This document shows, one piece after another, positions 13,455-26,105 of a stretch of 64,000 bases of DNA. How positions within the stretch are numbered: the first letter of the stretch is position 1; every line of letters starts with the position of its first letter. The position numbers were made by a program, and so were the translations under genes. The stretch spans positions 23,438,001 through 23,502,000 of the forward strand of contig NW_024704743.1 of the NCBI RefSeq assembly GCF_018977255.1. The letters are read 5' to 3'. The stretch is from Callorhinchus milii. Taxonomy: Eukaryota. The notes under the pieces are model-generated. The model was given only the letters and a program-made list of their open reading frames with translations, did not search any database and was not told where the DNA came from.

Positions 13455-13590
13455 TTGTGCGCAGTTGGTTGCTGCATTTCGCCCACAAAATATAAAGTCA
13501 ATCTGCTTTACAGTATATCCTGTGAAACGCTTTGAGACATGTCAAAGATGTGATAAGGCGCTATATCATATGCAAGGATTATTATTATTG
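13455..13590 (+). mobile_element. SINE-A 3' fragment
   Basis: cgcccacaaaatataaagtcaatc...gtgataaggcgctatatc...ggattattatt. Confidence 0.85.
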
Positions 13591-13602
13591 TATTGTGTAT
13601 CA

Positions 13603-14027
13603 GCCTGTGTCTGCCTGGTGACACCCTCTCCACAGAAGGTTGTCGGTTCATGCTTCATGTTGGGATTTGGAACTCATCTAGAATATGCTGACACTACTAT
13701 GCAGGGTGTTGACATAGCTGGAGTTGTCATTCTCGGGTGAGAAGTTAAACAGAGGTCCCATCTGCCTGATCAAGTGGTAGCTAAAGATCCCATGACCTTA
13801 TTCGAAAAGCGAAGGAAATTACTCATAATGTCCTGGCCAACAATCTCCCAAAATAAAAATTAGTCATTCACTTCACGTCTGTTTGTGCGGCATTTGTTTG
13901 AGCAAATTGGCTGCCACATACACCCACAAAATACATTGTAACTACACTTTATAGTATATCCTGTGAAGCGCTTTGGGACGTCCTCCTGATGTGAAGCGCT
14001 GTACCAAATGTAAGGATGATTATTATT
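13603..14027 (+). mobile_element. SINE-B, near full length
   Basis: Deu core gttaaacagaggtcccatctgcctgatcaagtggtagctaaagatcccatg; tail gcgctttgggacgtcctcctgatgtgaagcgc. Confidence 0.85.
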
Positions 14028-14699
14028 TAGCAGCACTAGGATTTCCTGGTCTTAAATTATATTCTTTAATCTACCAAAGTCTGATTCATTTTCAAATGAC
14101 TGTCACTGTAAGTTCCATTGTGGCACTCTAATGACGAAAGGTGTCATTGCATGGACCCCGTGCTGATGCCCTGCGTTCACTGCGAACAAAATGACATCAC
14201 ATTGACCTGCCCTTCCTCTAGGCTGTACTTTGATATTTCATGAAACGAAAGGTGTTAAGAGTGGTGCTGAGAGACCACTACATTTCTGTAATAACATTTG
14301 ATTTGTGTTCTGCTCACAAATTGCCAATTCCTTTATCACTTTGTAGCCTGCAAGTGGATAAGAGCTGGCATTGATTCAAAACTAAGTTTAATTTTTTTGA
14401 TTTGAGCTTAGAAACTATCAGATCCTAGCAAAGGCTTAAACACTCCAGCATCTGTGAGTGCTCCCTCGATACTGACTTCATTGTTCCCAATCTTTGAAAT
14501 AATGTTAAATACAGGGAGAGATTTTCTATCTCGCTCTTGTGTGACAACAGGTTAAGTAGGTGACCACAGTGAGTGGTTTCCTTAAACCTGTGCAGTTTGC
14601 TTTTAATGACTGTTCCATTGTTTAACACTACCATCTCTAGACCAGCAGTGTGCAGTGTAGTAGAGTGGACTCTGCTGAAATTCCAGCCCTTATCAGTGC

Positions 14700-14951
14700 T
14701 CGGTGAAGTAGCACAAGGTTTCTCCTACAAAGTTAGACGATTGGCGGATTGCTTTTCCAGGGGTAATAATTCTTTCAAAAAAAACTAATAATAAATTGGT
14801 CACTCAATCCACGACTGTTTGTGGGACACTGCTATGCGCAATTGGCTGCCGCGTTTCGCCCACAAAATATAGTCAATTCACTTTATAGTATATTCTATGA
14901 AGCACTTTGAGACGTCTTGAAGACGTGATAAGGCGCTATATCAAATGCAAG

Positions 14952-14983
<32 letters not shown>
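14700..14983 (+). mobile_element. SINE-A long form, head lost, long (TTA)n tail
   Basis: gttagacgattggcggattgcttttcc through aaggcgctatatcaaatgcaagc(attatt)n. Confidence 0.9.
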
Positions 14984-14985
<2 letters not shown>

Positions 14986-15019
14986 CAACACTATACAGCC
15001 TGAATCCTGCACAAGGCTT

Positions 15020-15490
15020 TGTGAGGCCATCAGCCCCATCCTTGCCTGGCTCCCTGTCCTCTGTGGATCAACAATAATACCCTCAACCTCACCTTCAAGT
15101 GCTTATTTCTACATACGCTACAAATATTTCTACAATCTCTTGCAACCCTACTTTCCTGGCCACTTCCTCCACTCTGCCAATTCTGCCCTTCAAGACTCCC
15201 TCCTGCACAATCAGCCTTCAGCCTTAATCCCTCCTGTCTGGAACTTTCTTCACAAATCCCTTAGCCTTATGATCTCCCTCTTTGCTTTAAGATCTTGCCT
15301 GAAAATCCACCTCTTTGACTGCGCTTTCCGCCACCTCTTCTCCTTACCCCATTAGCTCAAGCTTCTGCTCAGTATCAGTAATGCTCTTTGAGATGTTCTC
15401 TTAATGTGAAAGACATTATATAGTATAAATCCCAGCTCCTTGGGACATCCTCCCGACATGAAAGGCACTATACAAATGTAATTTTGTTGT
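15020..15490 (+). mobile_element. Decayed L2 3' fragment followed by an L2a tail
   Basis: ORF remnant ISPILAWLP...PPVWNFL...LKIHLFDCAF; tail ttgggacatcctcccgacatgaaaggcactatacaaatgtaattttgttg at ~15440. Confidence 0.7.
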
Positions 15491-15575
15491 AAATTATTCT
15501 TATTGACAGTTTGTAGTTTAAATCATTTGAGGTGGAAAATATAATGCTGATGACCAGCACTGTTTACTTCAATTC

Positions 15576-15833
15576 TCCTAGGCTTTGGAACCCTATCCCC
15601 CAGTGCCTTCGCCGCCTCCTCCCTTTCCTCCTTCAAGGCCGGTCTCAAGACCTTTCTCTTTGACCGAGCCTTCAGCTCCCCTCTCGACTCTCTACCCCCT
15701 CCTCGCTCCCTCCCTTCCCTCCCTTCACCCTGACCATTTCCCCCCTGCTCGGATCCTGATCCAACTGTACAGCGCCTTGGGACGTCCTCCTGACGTGAAA
15801 GGCGCTCTATAAATGGAATCTTCTTGTTGTTGT
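15576..15833 (+). mobile_element. L2 3' end (same subfamily as 26994)
   Basis: cttcaaggccggtctcaagacctttctctttgaccg; tail cagcgccttgggacgtcctcctgacgtgaaaggcgctctataaatggaatcttcttgttg. Confidence 0.9.
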
Positions 15834-17373
15834 GTATTTCCCAGCATCTCGCAACTAGCAGTGAATGTATTAAAACTGGTTTGGTGATATTAATACCAGT
15901 TTGTCAATCCCTGTATTGGTTTAACACTTTAGTGAGACATGTTTTATGGCAAACTTAAAAATATCAAATGAGCCATTTATTGGGGGCAGTGGATCCAATT
16001 AACCTTAATTGGTTGCTGAAAAGTCTTTGTACGGTCTCTGATTTATAAGTCAAATTCAGATCAGGCCTTCATCTACCTGGCACATTAAAAGGTTCTTAAC
16101 AGAAAAGATTGAGCTTGCCAATTGGCCGTATGGCTACAGCCGCTATCAGAGGAGGAATTCGATAAAAAGGCGTTTTCTAACATGTAAGAGGAGGGCAGCT
16201 GGGAAAGGACCTAACCCTGGGGACAGTCTCTATAACTGCATATCACACTGTATCTAGGTCTATCAGGGCAGTACAATACAAAATACAAAATTATATTTGT
16301 ATAGCATCTTTACTTCGGGAGGACATCCCGAGGTGCTGCCAAGAGGTCGAGGTTGAGCATATGGAGGTTGAGGTTTTCCAAGGAAGCTTTGTAAGATATA
16401 TGCAATAATGGAAGAAGATTTAAGGAGATAATCATTGGCTCCAATCCTTTTGCCTATGGCTTTGAAAGTGACAGTAGCTTTTAAACGTTCTGCCCGAAGA
16501 CAATCCAGTCACTTTGAGATATTTTTTCTATCATTGGACACGATACTGTATTTATTTGATTCAAGAGGAGACTGGTGTAGCATTCCAGAAGACTGGCAAG
16601 TTCACCCATTTTCACAAAGTTCTGGAAAAACTAATGATAGCAACCAAAAAGGTCTTTTTTTGCCATTTCAACAATTCATTGTTACCAACTGAGAACCAAT
16701 GGAGTTAACGGTCCTGATTGCCAGTCCAGTGTGTAAGAGCTCTGCGATCCAGAAAGAAATAAGATCCAATACTGGGGGTCATTGCAGGGCTCTTTGATCT
16801 TTAATTAGTTACAGATATGACAGTAACAATTGATTTCTGGGCAATAGCACATTCTACATTATGAAACATTGGCTCATGGCCATGTTGAACAGCACAACAT
16901 AGACATGACCAGCAGTGTGTTAGATGTGGAGAGCAGTGGTAGGCATTCTTTGTTGTAAATGTCCAGGTCAATATTAGACATTAGTAGCTGCAGCATTTGC
17001 TTACATAATATTCACTTTGTCTCTAATTTGTAAAGTGCTTTGAGACATTTCTTAAGTGAGAGGGTCTATGTAAATAGAAGCTATTGTTATTACAGTAAGT
17101 GCCTATGACAATGCCTTTGTGAGATTATCAATAGTAATGTGCACGCTTTTGCTACTGTGCTACTTAATGCAGCATCAGTTTTGCTCTTCTATTAATGGAT
17201 ATCAGCCTCATATAAAATATCCTAAAGCTATAACAGAAATTGACTGATCATTTATGAGAGTAAGTAATGGACCATGGTGCAAATATTTTATCATATTCAA
17301 CAGATCTCTTACAGCCCTCCCCATGGAACCCATGGTGTCATCTTGGCTCAGTCAGTAAATGTGTTTCTGGATC

Positions 17374-18030
17374 ACAACAACAAATTGTATTTGTAAAGTG
17401 CCGTGGAGGGCCTTGAAAGCAAGCATGAGGATTTTGAACTCTACTCTAGGGGCTGGGGAGCCAGTGGAGCCAGGTGAGAGTGGTGGTGATAGGGTCACGG
17501 AGTATGGTGCTGGAGAGTACACGAGCAGCAGAGTTGGGAAGGCCAACGAGCAGGAGTTGGCATAATCGAGCCTAGATGTGATAAATGCATGGATGAAGGG
17601 AGAAGCGGTGGTGGAGCTGGGCAATATTGCGGAGGTGGGGGAAGGCAGAGTGGGTCATGGCACGGATGTGGTATAGAAAGGACAATTGAGTGTCAAACGA
17701 GATGCCAAGATTCTAGACTGGCTCAGTGAGGTGGAGCATCCATGGATGGTGATGCTACCAGTGTGGAGGTGCTGATGGGAGACAATCAAGAAAGCCTCGG
17801 TCTTGTTGACGTCCAACTGGAGAAAATTAGCTCTCATCCAGGACTTGATGTCTGACAGACACTTTATCAGGATGGCAGTGGTCCTGGAGTCAAAGGTGGA
17901 GGCAGAGAGGTAGAGTTGGGTGTCATTCACATACAAGTGGAAGTTGACCCCATGTCTGCGGATGATTTCACCAAGAGCATATAGATATTGAAGAGGTGAG
18001 GGCCAAGGACAGATCCCTGAGAAACTCTGC
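17374..18030 (-). mobile_element. L2a LINE RT fragment with internal deletions
   Basis: ORFs [24 protein letters not shown] (degenerate YADD), [30 protein letters not shown]. Confidence 0.95.
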
Positions 18031-18039
18031 TTGAGAGAG

Positions 18040-18290
18040 TTCAGATGAAAAAGGTCCATTGGCCTATTTGATCTCACCCTACTCATAGAATACAATCCTC
18101 CCATCACAGCATCAAGCTGTTGTTTTTAAATGAGTTCAGTGTCCTGGCCTAATCACTCTTCCTGGTAACTTGTACCCACCCTCTGAGGAAAGAGGTACTT
18201 CCTGTAGCCTGTCCTGCAATTGACCTTTGCAACTCTAAACCTTGTGATTCAGTCTTGGTGCACCTGAAAGCTTTGTTCCAAGTGTTGTGC
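18040..18290 (-). mobile_element. CR1 3' fragment, decayed
   Basis: Similar to the reverse complement of 25860-26100 (tttagagttgcaaaggtcaattgcaggacaggctacaggaagtacctc). Confidence 0.7.
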
Positions 18291-19629
18291 ATTTTAGACA
18301 TGGCACTTCAAAAAGTTAAAGGAGTTTCTCCCTGGCCAACAACTTGCCACATGCTTTGTACGACTTTGCTGATACAAACCTTTGCTATGTTAGCCTACAA
18401 AAAACTACTAGCCTTGACGGTGATTATCCATGAAGCACTTTCCAACAAAATGCAAGTTCTTTCTCCTTTCTTTTACAAAAAGCAAAAGCACAGTTTTAGC
18501 CAGAAAATTGACTTGGAGATGGAGGGATGGGTGCAGAATGAAGGAGAAGTAAGTCAATGAAAAAAAATGCTGCATAACTGAATAATCTGAAGGGCTCATC
18601 TCTACTGAGTCATGAAGAACAAGTTATGATACTGATTGACATCTGGTACATATGTATTACAGGGTCCTATCGTAATACAGAGAAGAGTTTCAGGAATACA
18701 ATATATAATGTGTAAAGAATAGTATTGACAGTTAATTACTATACAGCGTCTTGAGTGACAGTTCTGTTCCACTTTAGATGCACAGAAATTGGAACTCAAC
18801 TCAATATTTCCTCCACTGATGAGTGTAATTCAGTTCCAACACCCCCACACACACACATGTACACACAATCACATCATTGCTATGAATAAAATCAGTGATA
18901 GGTGAAAGAAATAATTAATGCACTCTGCAGAATAACAAATTAATTATTAAAATCTTTACAAGCCTCGCACAAATTTGTCTCTGGTCCATACTGTGTTGCA
19001 AAATATTCGGAGAGTTGAATTTTGCGATTTGACTTGGTCATCCGGCAAGACTGCTGATGGTGAAGCTGCAGAGAACAGAGTTCGATTGATTTATGAGCTG
19101 GGGAGCATTAAGGAAACCAATATCATTGTTGTAAATGTCGTGCACAGAGGAATGCCAACTCATTACACACCTGCATGGCAAACTCCAGTAACTAAAGTTG
19201 CACTGCAGTGAAACACTGAATCCAATAACTGGAGCTGGAATGCAAACCAGTAAAAAATGTGTGCGATTTCAGCTTGGTTGGAAAACGTGACAATATTTGG
19301 CTTTGTGAGACTAATTCAAGACAAAAAGAAGATACGATCGTATATCTCAGAATAAAGTCGCATCTGTCGCCAGGTCTGCACTGGGCTGAGACTAATTCAT
19401 GTCAACTAATTGAAAAGGTTGGCTGTGACTGATGCACACTACATATTAAGCAGTGTATCAAGTGTAAGTGGGGAGGTAATCTGCTCATACACAGAAGTGG
19501 TGTAATTGAAAATTGTGATGGCTACAATCCTGTTTTACGACTTGTTCCAATAACCTGCAAAACAGGTCAGCATATAATAAGACTGTGATTTGCAAATGGT
19601 GTTTTAAACCAATGTGTATCGCTCACAAT

Positions 19630-19800
19630 GATCTATTGGGTAGTAGCGCAATAAAATTCAGTACTAAGCCATACGAACACAGCACACAAGGACATAATAT
19701 CCCCTTTCAGTCTGTTTTGAGTTATCTGACCTTAGCCAGAGTGGAAGTTGGGTTACAACTATTGGCCTTAGTGCTTCTGAGTGAGAAATGAAAATAAGAC
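19630..19800 (+). mobile_element. SINE-C, decayed
   Basis: gtactaagccatac...gtctgttttgagttatctgaccttagccag...ctattggccttagtgc. Confidence 0.5.
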
Positions 19801-22294
19801 CGATTCAGTTGATCCAGAGACCATTGATGTTCATAAGGACAGAATAGTACTTGGCTGTATTGCATGTTAATGATTTAAAGAAGTGAGTCGTGTATGACAT
19901 TCTTCTTGCCAGTAATTAGTAAATTGATAATAGGCAAACCAAACCGGTTGCATCAATTTTGGTTTATGGTTTGTGAGTATACCGAGATTCACAGTCAGCT
20001 AATCATAAGTTCCAAGTTGGCAAAGTCCTGTAAGCGCCCTTTTTTGTGGGCTTGGGACTCGTGGTTCACTGGCCGTGAAATCCAGAATCTGATGTTCACA
20101 AACTAGAAGTCACCATTAATGCAACAAATCTGGTTTGTGATTATTGCAAATTAAATCCCACTTACACAGGTCTTACAGGCTGAGGAATTCCTCCATCCAC
20201 TGGGCATGATAATCTAGGGTTGCAGCCTTGTGGACTTCACATTGAATTTCAAGTTTCAACTTGAGTTTAAAACGAATTTCCCATGAGGGTTGTTAGTGGA
20301 AAGGCGGACAGACTAAGCCTCTTTAATGATGAAAAAATTAACCAACGTCCCAATGGGCATGTGTTTCAGTGTACGTGCACAAAACTATAATTAACTTGTA
20401 CTCAACTTAGAGTGAAAGCCTTGCAAAACCAGTTCTCTTGCACTGCTCAAAAACGCAGCACCACATCAAATGATTGCCTGCAATTTAACCATTCTTCAAA
20501 TCAGTTCTTCGCTCTTGTTTACTGATCCAATTTCAAAATCTGTACAAGTAAACAGAAAAGACTCACAAAATCAGTGACAAGGGAACAATTTACAGACTCT
20601 TAGTATTATTGTCCAAACCATTATGTTTTGTGTGTGTGCAGAACGTTAAAAGTCATGTTGGGCTTGGGAATAGATTTTGTTATGTGACTTCAACCATTGT
20701 GTGGATGGATAAGGATTGATGTCGTTTTTGTTCACATAATACTCAAATGCCAGGTAAGAGTCTCAGACAGAAGATGGAGAAAGTTGAATTTCAATACATA
20801 AAACCCATTACTCAGTAAAAGTAAAACCTCAGAAAACAAAGTCTCCTTGTTTCCCAGCAGATTCTCCAGGGACAAAAAATGATGTTGACTGCTAAAAGTT
20901 ACATTGATGCCCTGATATGATTGAGATTGTATTCATCAAGAGAGTTATCCGTAAATCACTGTGTAAGATGGGCTTTCTTAGTCCCAATTAAAATAAAGTA
21001 GAACTCTGCAGGGATCCAATTTTGTGGGGCCTTCTCCATTGGTTTACATTAATGAACTCCCTGCAGCCCTTGGCAATTATACAGTGATCTACGCATTGAT
21101 GACTATATTACTGTACTTACATTTCTGATGAGCAGTAGACAGAAAGGAAATAAACTGAAGCGTTGCTCTGCCTATTGTTACTAAGTTATTGTTACCATTT
21201 GAACTGCTTAGAAACATAAGCCACTTGTTTTGTTTAGATGGTAATGTATGGGGCTGAAATCTCTCTTGTAATATTGTGTATTGTTATACATGAAATCACA
21301 GTATCGCTTTGACATACTCCAATTATTATTATCTCTGTATCCAAGGTATTGTTTGTAATAGGTTAAAAGAAAAGGGCATTTGACCTGAATAAGCCACTCA
21401 GGTCAGGTTGCTAAGGGCAAAGACTATGGGGAGGGCATGGTGTATTTATGCCTAAATTGCTAAAGGTGAGTGTGTGGAGGAGTGTTCAATGAAGCGGAAA
21501 TTTGAGAACTACAAATTTGTCTATAGCTACAACGGGTATCATTGCTAGTTATGTGGCTAATATGGAGCTTTGTTGACAATGTAACAGGTAACCTAAAAGT
21601 CCAAAAAAATGCAAAACACAAGCTAACTAAACTCTATATGGTGTATAATACTGACCTGGTGCTGGCTACACCACTGCTGACTGAATGTTGTACAAACCAA
21701 TCCATGCAGACCTTCAACTGTCAGGGAAATGTACACGGTCACATGTTCATGAGACATTCTCTTCGGATTGCCAGAGTTTTATTTCTGTTTGGACGGCTGG
21801 CCGTGGGGAATCTTGCCGAGTGTGTCATTCATAAAAGGAGTCCGCACAGGAGACTTTGCAGGAGCATCTTTCCAACCTGAATGGCTTACTCCGCCTGGAA
21901 TGTGTGGTAGTCTTTAAGAAATAATAATCCTTGCATTTGACATCATGTCGTCGAGCATCTCAAAGAGTTTCACAGAGTTTTACTGTGCAGTGTCCTGAAT
22001 GTGTTTTTTTAAGGGAACATGCAGCAGGCAATTTGTGCACAGCAATGCCCTACACACATCCTTCTTGAGATAAATCCCAATCTGATTTGTGGAGGTGTGA
22101 TCCTGTTATCCAAATAATGCTTTACATCAACTGACTTTTTGATACCTACTGTGTATAGTTGTTTATAAACAGTCTTTTACATAGTTTTAAACGCATACAC
22201 AATGTGAATACAAAGGATGTTGGAAAACAGAAACATTTTTTAAACTTTAAAATTTGTACAAATTGATATTTGAAGTTTGAAAACCAGCTGCTTC

Positions 22295-22520
22295 ACAAGA
22301 TTGGTTTGAATGAAGAAAGGCCCTCTAGCTCATTTGTTCTCATAATTCCAGAATATCCACCCTACCATCTTCCCATCACATCATTTTTTAATGAATCCAG
22401 ATTCCTGGCAACCTATTCTGGGCATTAATTACCCTCTGAGTAAGGATATATCCTGTCCCAAAGGTATTGTTCTGGGTTTACTTTTTTAATCTCTTTTAAA
22501 ATTTCATACTTCTCTCTAAA
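22295..22520 (-). mobile_element. CR1 3' fragment, decayed
   Basis: Similar to 1450-1800 (ttccagaatatcc...cattaattaccctctgagtaa...ttctgggtttactttt). Confidence 0.55.
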
Positions 22521-22534
22521 GTTAATTAAAAATG

Positions 22535-22688
22535 TTGGTCATCAATCCATGATTTGTGGGACACTGTGTACAATTAGCTGCCGTATTTCGCCCCACAGTG
22601 TAGACAATTTACAGTATATTCTGTGAAGCGCTTTGAGTCGTCTCAAAGATGTGATAAGGCGCTATACCAAACGCAAAGATTATTATTA
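22535..22688 (+). mobile_element. SINE-A 3' fragment
   Basis: ttggtcatcaatccatg...gtgaagcgctttgag...gtgataaggcgctatacc. Confidence 0.85.
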
Positions 22689-22978
22689 AAATCCTCCCTA
22701 AAATGTCTTCCTAATCTCAACGAGACTTTCATTCCTTCTGACTGCTTTACTCTGGTCATACCTATGCATTCAGTTTGTTACCATCCATTTTCAGATTAGA
22801 CAGTATAATGTTTGGGCCTACTTTGAAATTTCTAAAATGTTAACTGTGAGGCAGGCCATGCAGTGAGTTGGACAGGATGCAAAGTGCGCTATCCGACTGT
22901 CCTTGATAAATGCCACATTTAGTGGGATCTGAAGGAGCACAAATATCACAGTTTCACACCAGGTAAGGCCCTTATGGT

Positions 22979-23289
22979 GGAGTCCTGTAGCTCAGCACTC
23001 GCTTTGCAAGTGAGAGACCTGAGTTCAATTCCAGGCAGGACGAAACCTTGGGCAAGTTTCCTTGCTCCACACGCCTAATAATAATCCCTCCAAAAAACAA
23101 AGCAATAATAAATTGGTCATTTCAATCCACAACTGTTTGTGGGACATTGCTGTGCGCAATTGGCTGCCGCGTTCGCCCACAAATATATAGTCAATTCACT
23201 TTACAGTATATTCTGTGAAGCGCTTTGGGACGTCTAGAAGACGTGAAAAGCGCTATATCAAATGCAAGGATTATTATTATTATTATTAC
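22979..23289 (+). mobile_element. SINE-A short form, young, with 9-nt deletion in the A-box/D-arm
   Basis: Very close to 52115; tagctcag[tggttagag missing]cactcgctttgcaag; (TTA)n tail. Confidence 0.95.
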
Positions 23290-23309
23290 TATCCATACAA
23301 TAAAATTTG

Positions 23310-23460
23310 GTCTATGTCCTGCTGGCCAGGACACTGGGAGACTCCTTAACACCTACCTGAACAGGCAGCAGGACCTCGGTGTAATGTCTCATCCGAAGGA
23401 TACCACATTTGCACTGCACTCCAGCATTGCAGTGGAGTGACAACTTAGACTAAGAGCTCA
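23310..23460 (-). mobile_element. SINE-B internal fragment
   Basis: ggccaggacactgggag...acctacctgaacaggc...ggacctcggtgtaatgtctcatccgaagg. Confidence 0.75.
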
Positions 23461-24419
23461 TGTAAGATATATATGGAAGGAAAACATTTTTATCCTACAG
23501 TACTCCCTTTTTGCTTCTCCCCTCCCTTTTCTCTGAGTCTCTTTGAGCAACAAGTGTGTCAGGACTAGCTCCTAGATTGCAGCACTCAACAAGGACATGA
23601 GGTCCATCGTACCTCTGCTGATGCTAGCTCTCGAGTTGAACACTAAGCTGTGCTTTTCATCCATAATCTTATAATATTTTCCTCAGGTATTTATCCAATC
23701 ACATTTTCAATGCAAAAATCCTGTTAGCCAGAGGAGCTATTAAGTTGGTTAGTAGAGAGTGTGCATGAGTGATCCAGAGTGAGACGTTCTCTTTCCCTCT
23801 GAGCAAGAATGTCTGGCTCCCACTTGGCAGTGCTCCAATCAGGCTTAGAGTTAGATCCAGCATGGATTGACAGAATCGAAGTGTCTGACTGGATTGAGTC
23901 AGCACATCATCGCTCTGGTTGATGTATTTCCTTACATTCCCCCTGCATATCCTGAGAGTGCTTCACTCAGCATTTCAACCCAAACATTGCCCTAGGACAT
24001 TTAGGCATTTACTGAAAAAGGGATCACCCTGCTCAGTGTGGAATGATTCAAGAGCTGTTTGCCGATCACAGGATGTCACCATCTGCCTTGAAAAAAACAA
24101 GAGCTAATTTAAATACTGAGGGCAGGGTTGAGTTAGGGGCTGAAGCCTTTATAACTGAAGTGCTATAATAATTTAAATACTTGTGTGCCTGCAAGCACAC
24201 ACACAGATTTGCAGGCACATGCATACACACAAACCTTGCATATGCACAGATAGATGCACCCCACCCACCCACACACTCGCATACCTCACATTTGTACACA
24301 AACAATAACAACTTGTATTCATATAGCACCCGTCATGCAGGATAGTGTCAAGAAGCAATCAGAGCCAGACCTCACAAACACACGCACCTTTCTCTCCCAT
24401 ACACATGCACACACACATT

Positions 24420-24581
24420 GATCTTCATCTATTTGATTTAATATCTCATTCAACAGACGGCACTTCCAACAGTGCTTGCTCTAAGTCCCAGATCTGCGTT
24501 GGAGTGTCAGCCTGCACTATGAGGTCAAATCCACAATCTTCTGATTCAAAAGTGAGAAGCTATCACCTGAGCCAGGCTGAC
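24420..24581 (-). mobile_element. SINE-B 5' half
   Basis: Reverse complement: gtcagcctggctcaggtgatagc...tttgaatcagaagattgtgg...gctgacactcc...gccgtctgttgaatgagatattaaa. Confidence 0.7.
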
Positions 24582-25839
24582 ACCATAGAACCAACTAAGA
24601 CAAATTAATTGTAGTGTGTGGTGAACATGAACCTCAATTGAGAGGTTCATGTTCATCTTAAAAAATAAGATTTTTTAAAAACAAATTAGATGTGGGAGTT
24701 ATTTTCTGATTAATACACAATAATAAGGTCACATGTTGTGCTACGTACAATATATAAATATTTGTATATGAATAATATAAAGGAAATCTTTACATGAGAA
24801 AACAGATTTTTTACTTGCAGTTTGTATCTTGTGTGAGTCAATTAATCTGCCGTGAGGCCCATCTGTCTATTCAGCACTGTGACCATCTGATAAGTCAGTA
24901 CAGTAATGATTACTGATTCAGTCTGGATGCTGCATTAGCAGACCACAGACGTCAGTCCCAAAGGTGGTTGTTATCGACAGGTTTCACTCCATTATGAAGC
25001 AGTTTTACCAGTCTGGGGGAATGTGCAATTTTCTACAATTTAGATAAAATCTTGTAGAGTGGTCAAAACCAAGTATTCCATTATGTGGTCTATTAGAAAA
25101 ACAGGAACCAAACTGGTGTGTTAAACTTTTAATGGAAGCTATCTAAATTTTTACCCCTGCAAGTGACTTCCACAGACTATACTAATTGCATGTACGTCAG
25201 CCAACTTCAGGAATTGGTTGTGGGTGGTTACTCACCTTCATTGACTCCAGAAAAAGCGATGATAAATGTTGAGAACGCTATGTGGAAAATGCTTCATTAA
25301 AGTCCATTTTTATCCATTAACAAAAACCCAGACATAGTTTTTTTTTGGCTGGGGGATGGGGGGGAAACTTTGGCAGTCTATTTTTCTGTCCAAAATTGGG
25401 TAAAGGAAAGATTGTGCAAAAAAGGTTTAATTTGTTAGAAATTTGCATTTATTTCGGTCCACCAAAAATAAACTCAAGAAAAACAGCTAGGTATCTGTTT
25501 CCTCCCATTTTTCTTCTTGTCCAGAGAAAAACAGGCATGTGATGTTTTGTGATGCACAGACATTCCCAGTCGATACTCACTTGTACATCATATTGCACAC
25601 ACATTATCCAGAAAGGGCAGTGCAGCAGGGCAGGTGTGGGCATGTGCAGACACAGAATAAAATCGGCAAATCCATTCTTTATAAATGAAATTCACATTTA
25701 AAACATGGTTTTACACATTGACTCATTTGCAAAAATGGCATATTTATCAGCGGGAATGTGTGTAAACAAAATAACTTTAATGTTTATTATTCATTGCGAA
25801 CGGAACAATATGCAGAGTGCTTAGTGGAGTCGAAACACG

Positions 25840-26105
25840 ATATGTGTAACATCGAGTCCAAAATTGCAAAGATCAAGATTTAGAGTTGCAAAGGGCAAAT
25901 TGAGGACACTAAGGAGTATTTCTTTACCCAGAGGATAATTAGCAACTGGAACAAGTTACCAGCAAGGGTGGTTGAGGCCAAGACACTGGATTATTTTTTT
26001 TAAAAAGAAGCTTGATGATGTGTTGGGAAGACAGGAAGTAGAATCAATATTCAGGAAAGATGATGTTAAAAGGGCCGTAGGGTCTTTTGATCTGAATCTC
26101 TTGTT
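25840..26105 (+). mobile_element. CR1 3' end (RT C-terminus + UTR)
   Basis: Translates YFFTQRIISNWNKLPARVVEA, followed by aagaagcttgatg. Confidence 0.85.

Noticed and set aside
25236..25277. Possible 42-nt minus-strand exon (ttttccacatag / AAG|gtgagt)
   Set aside because: Plausible splice signals, but no recognisable peptide or partner exons; expected by chance in 64 kb
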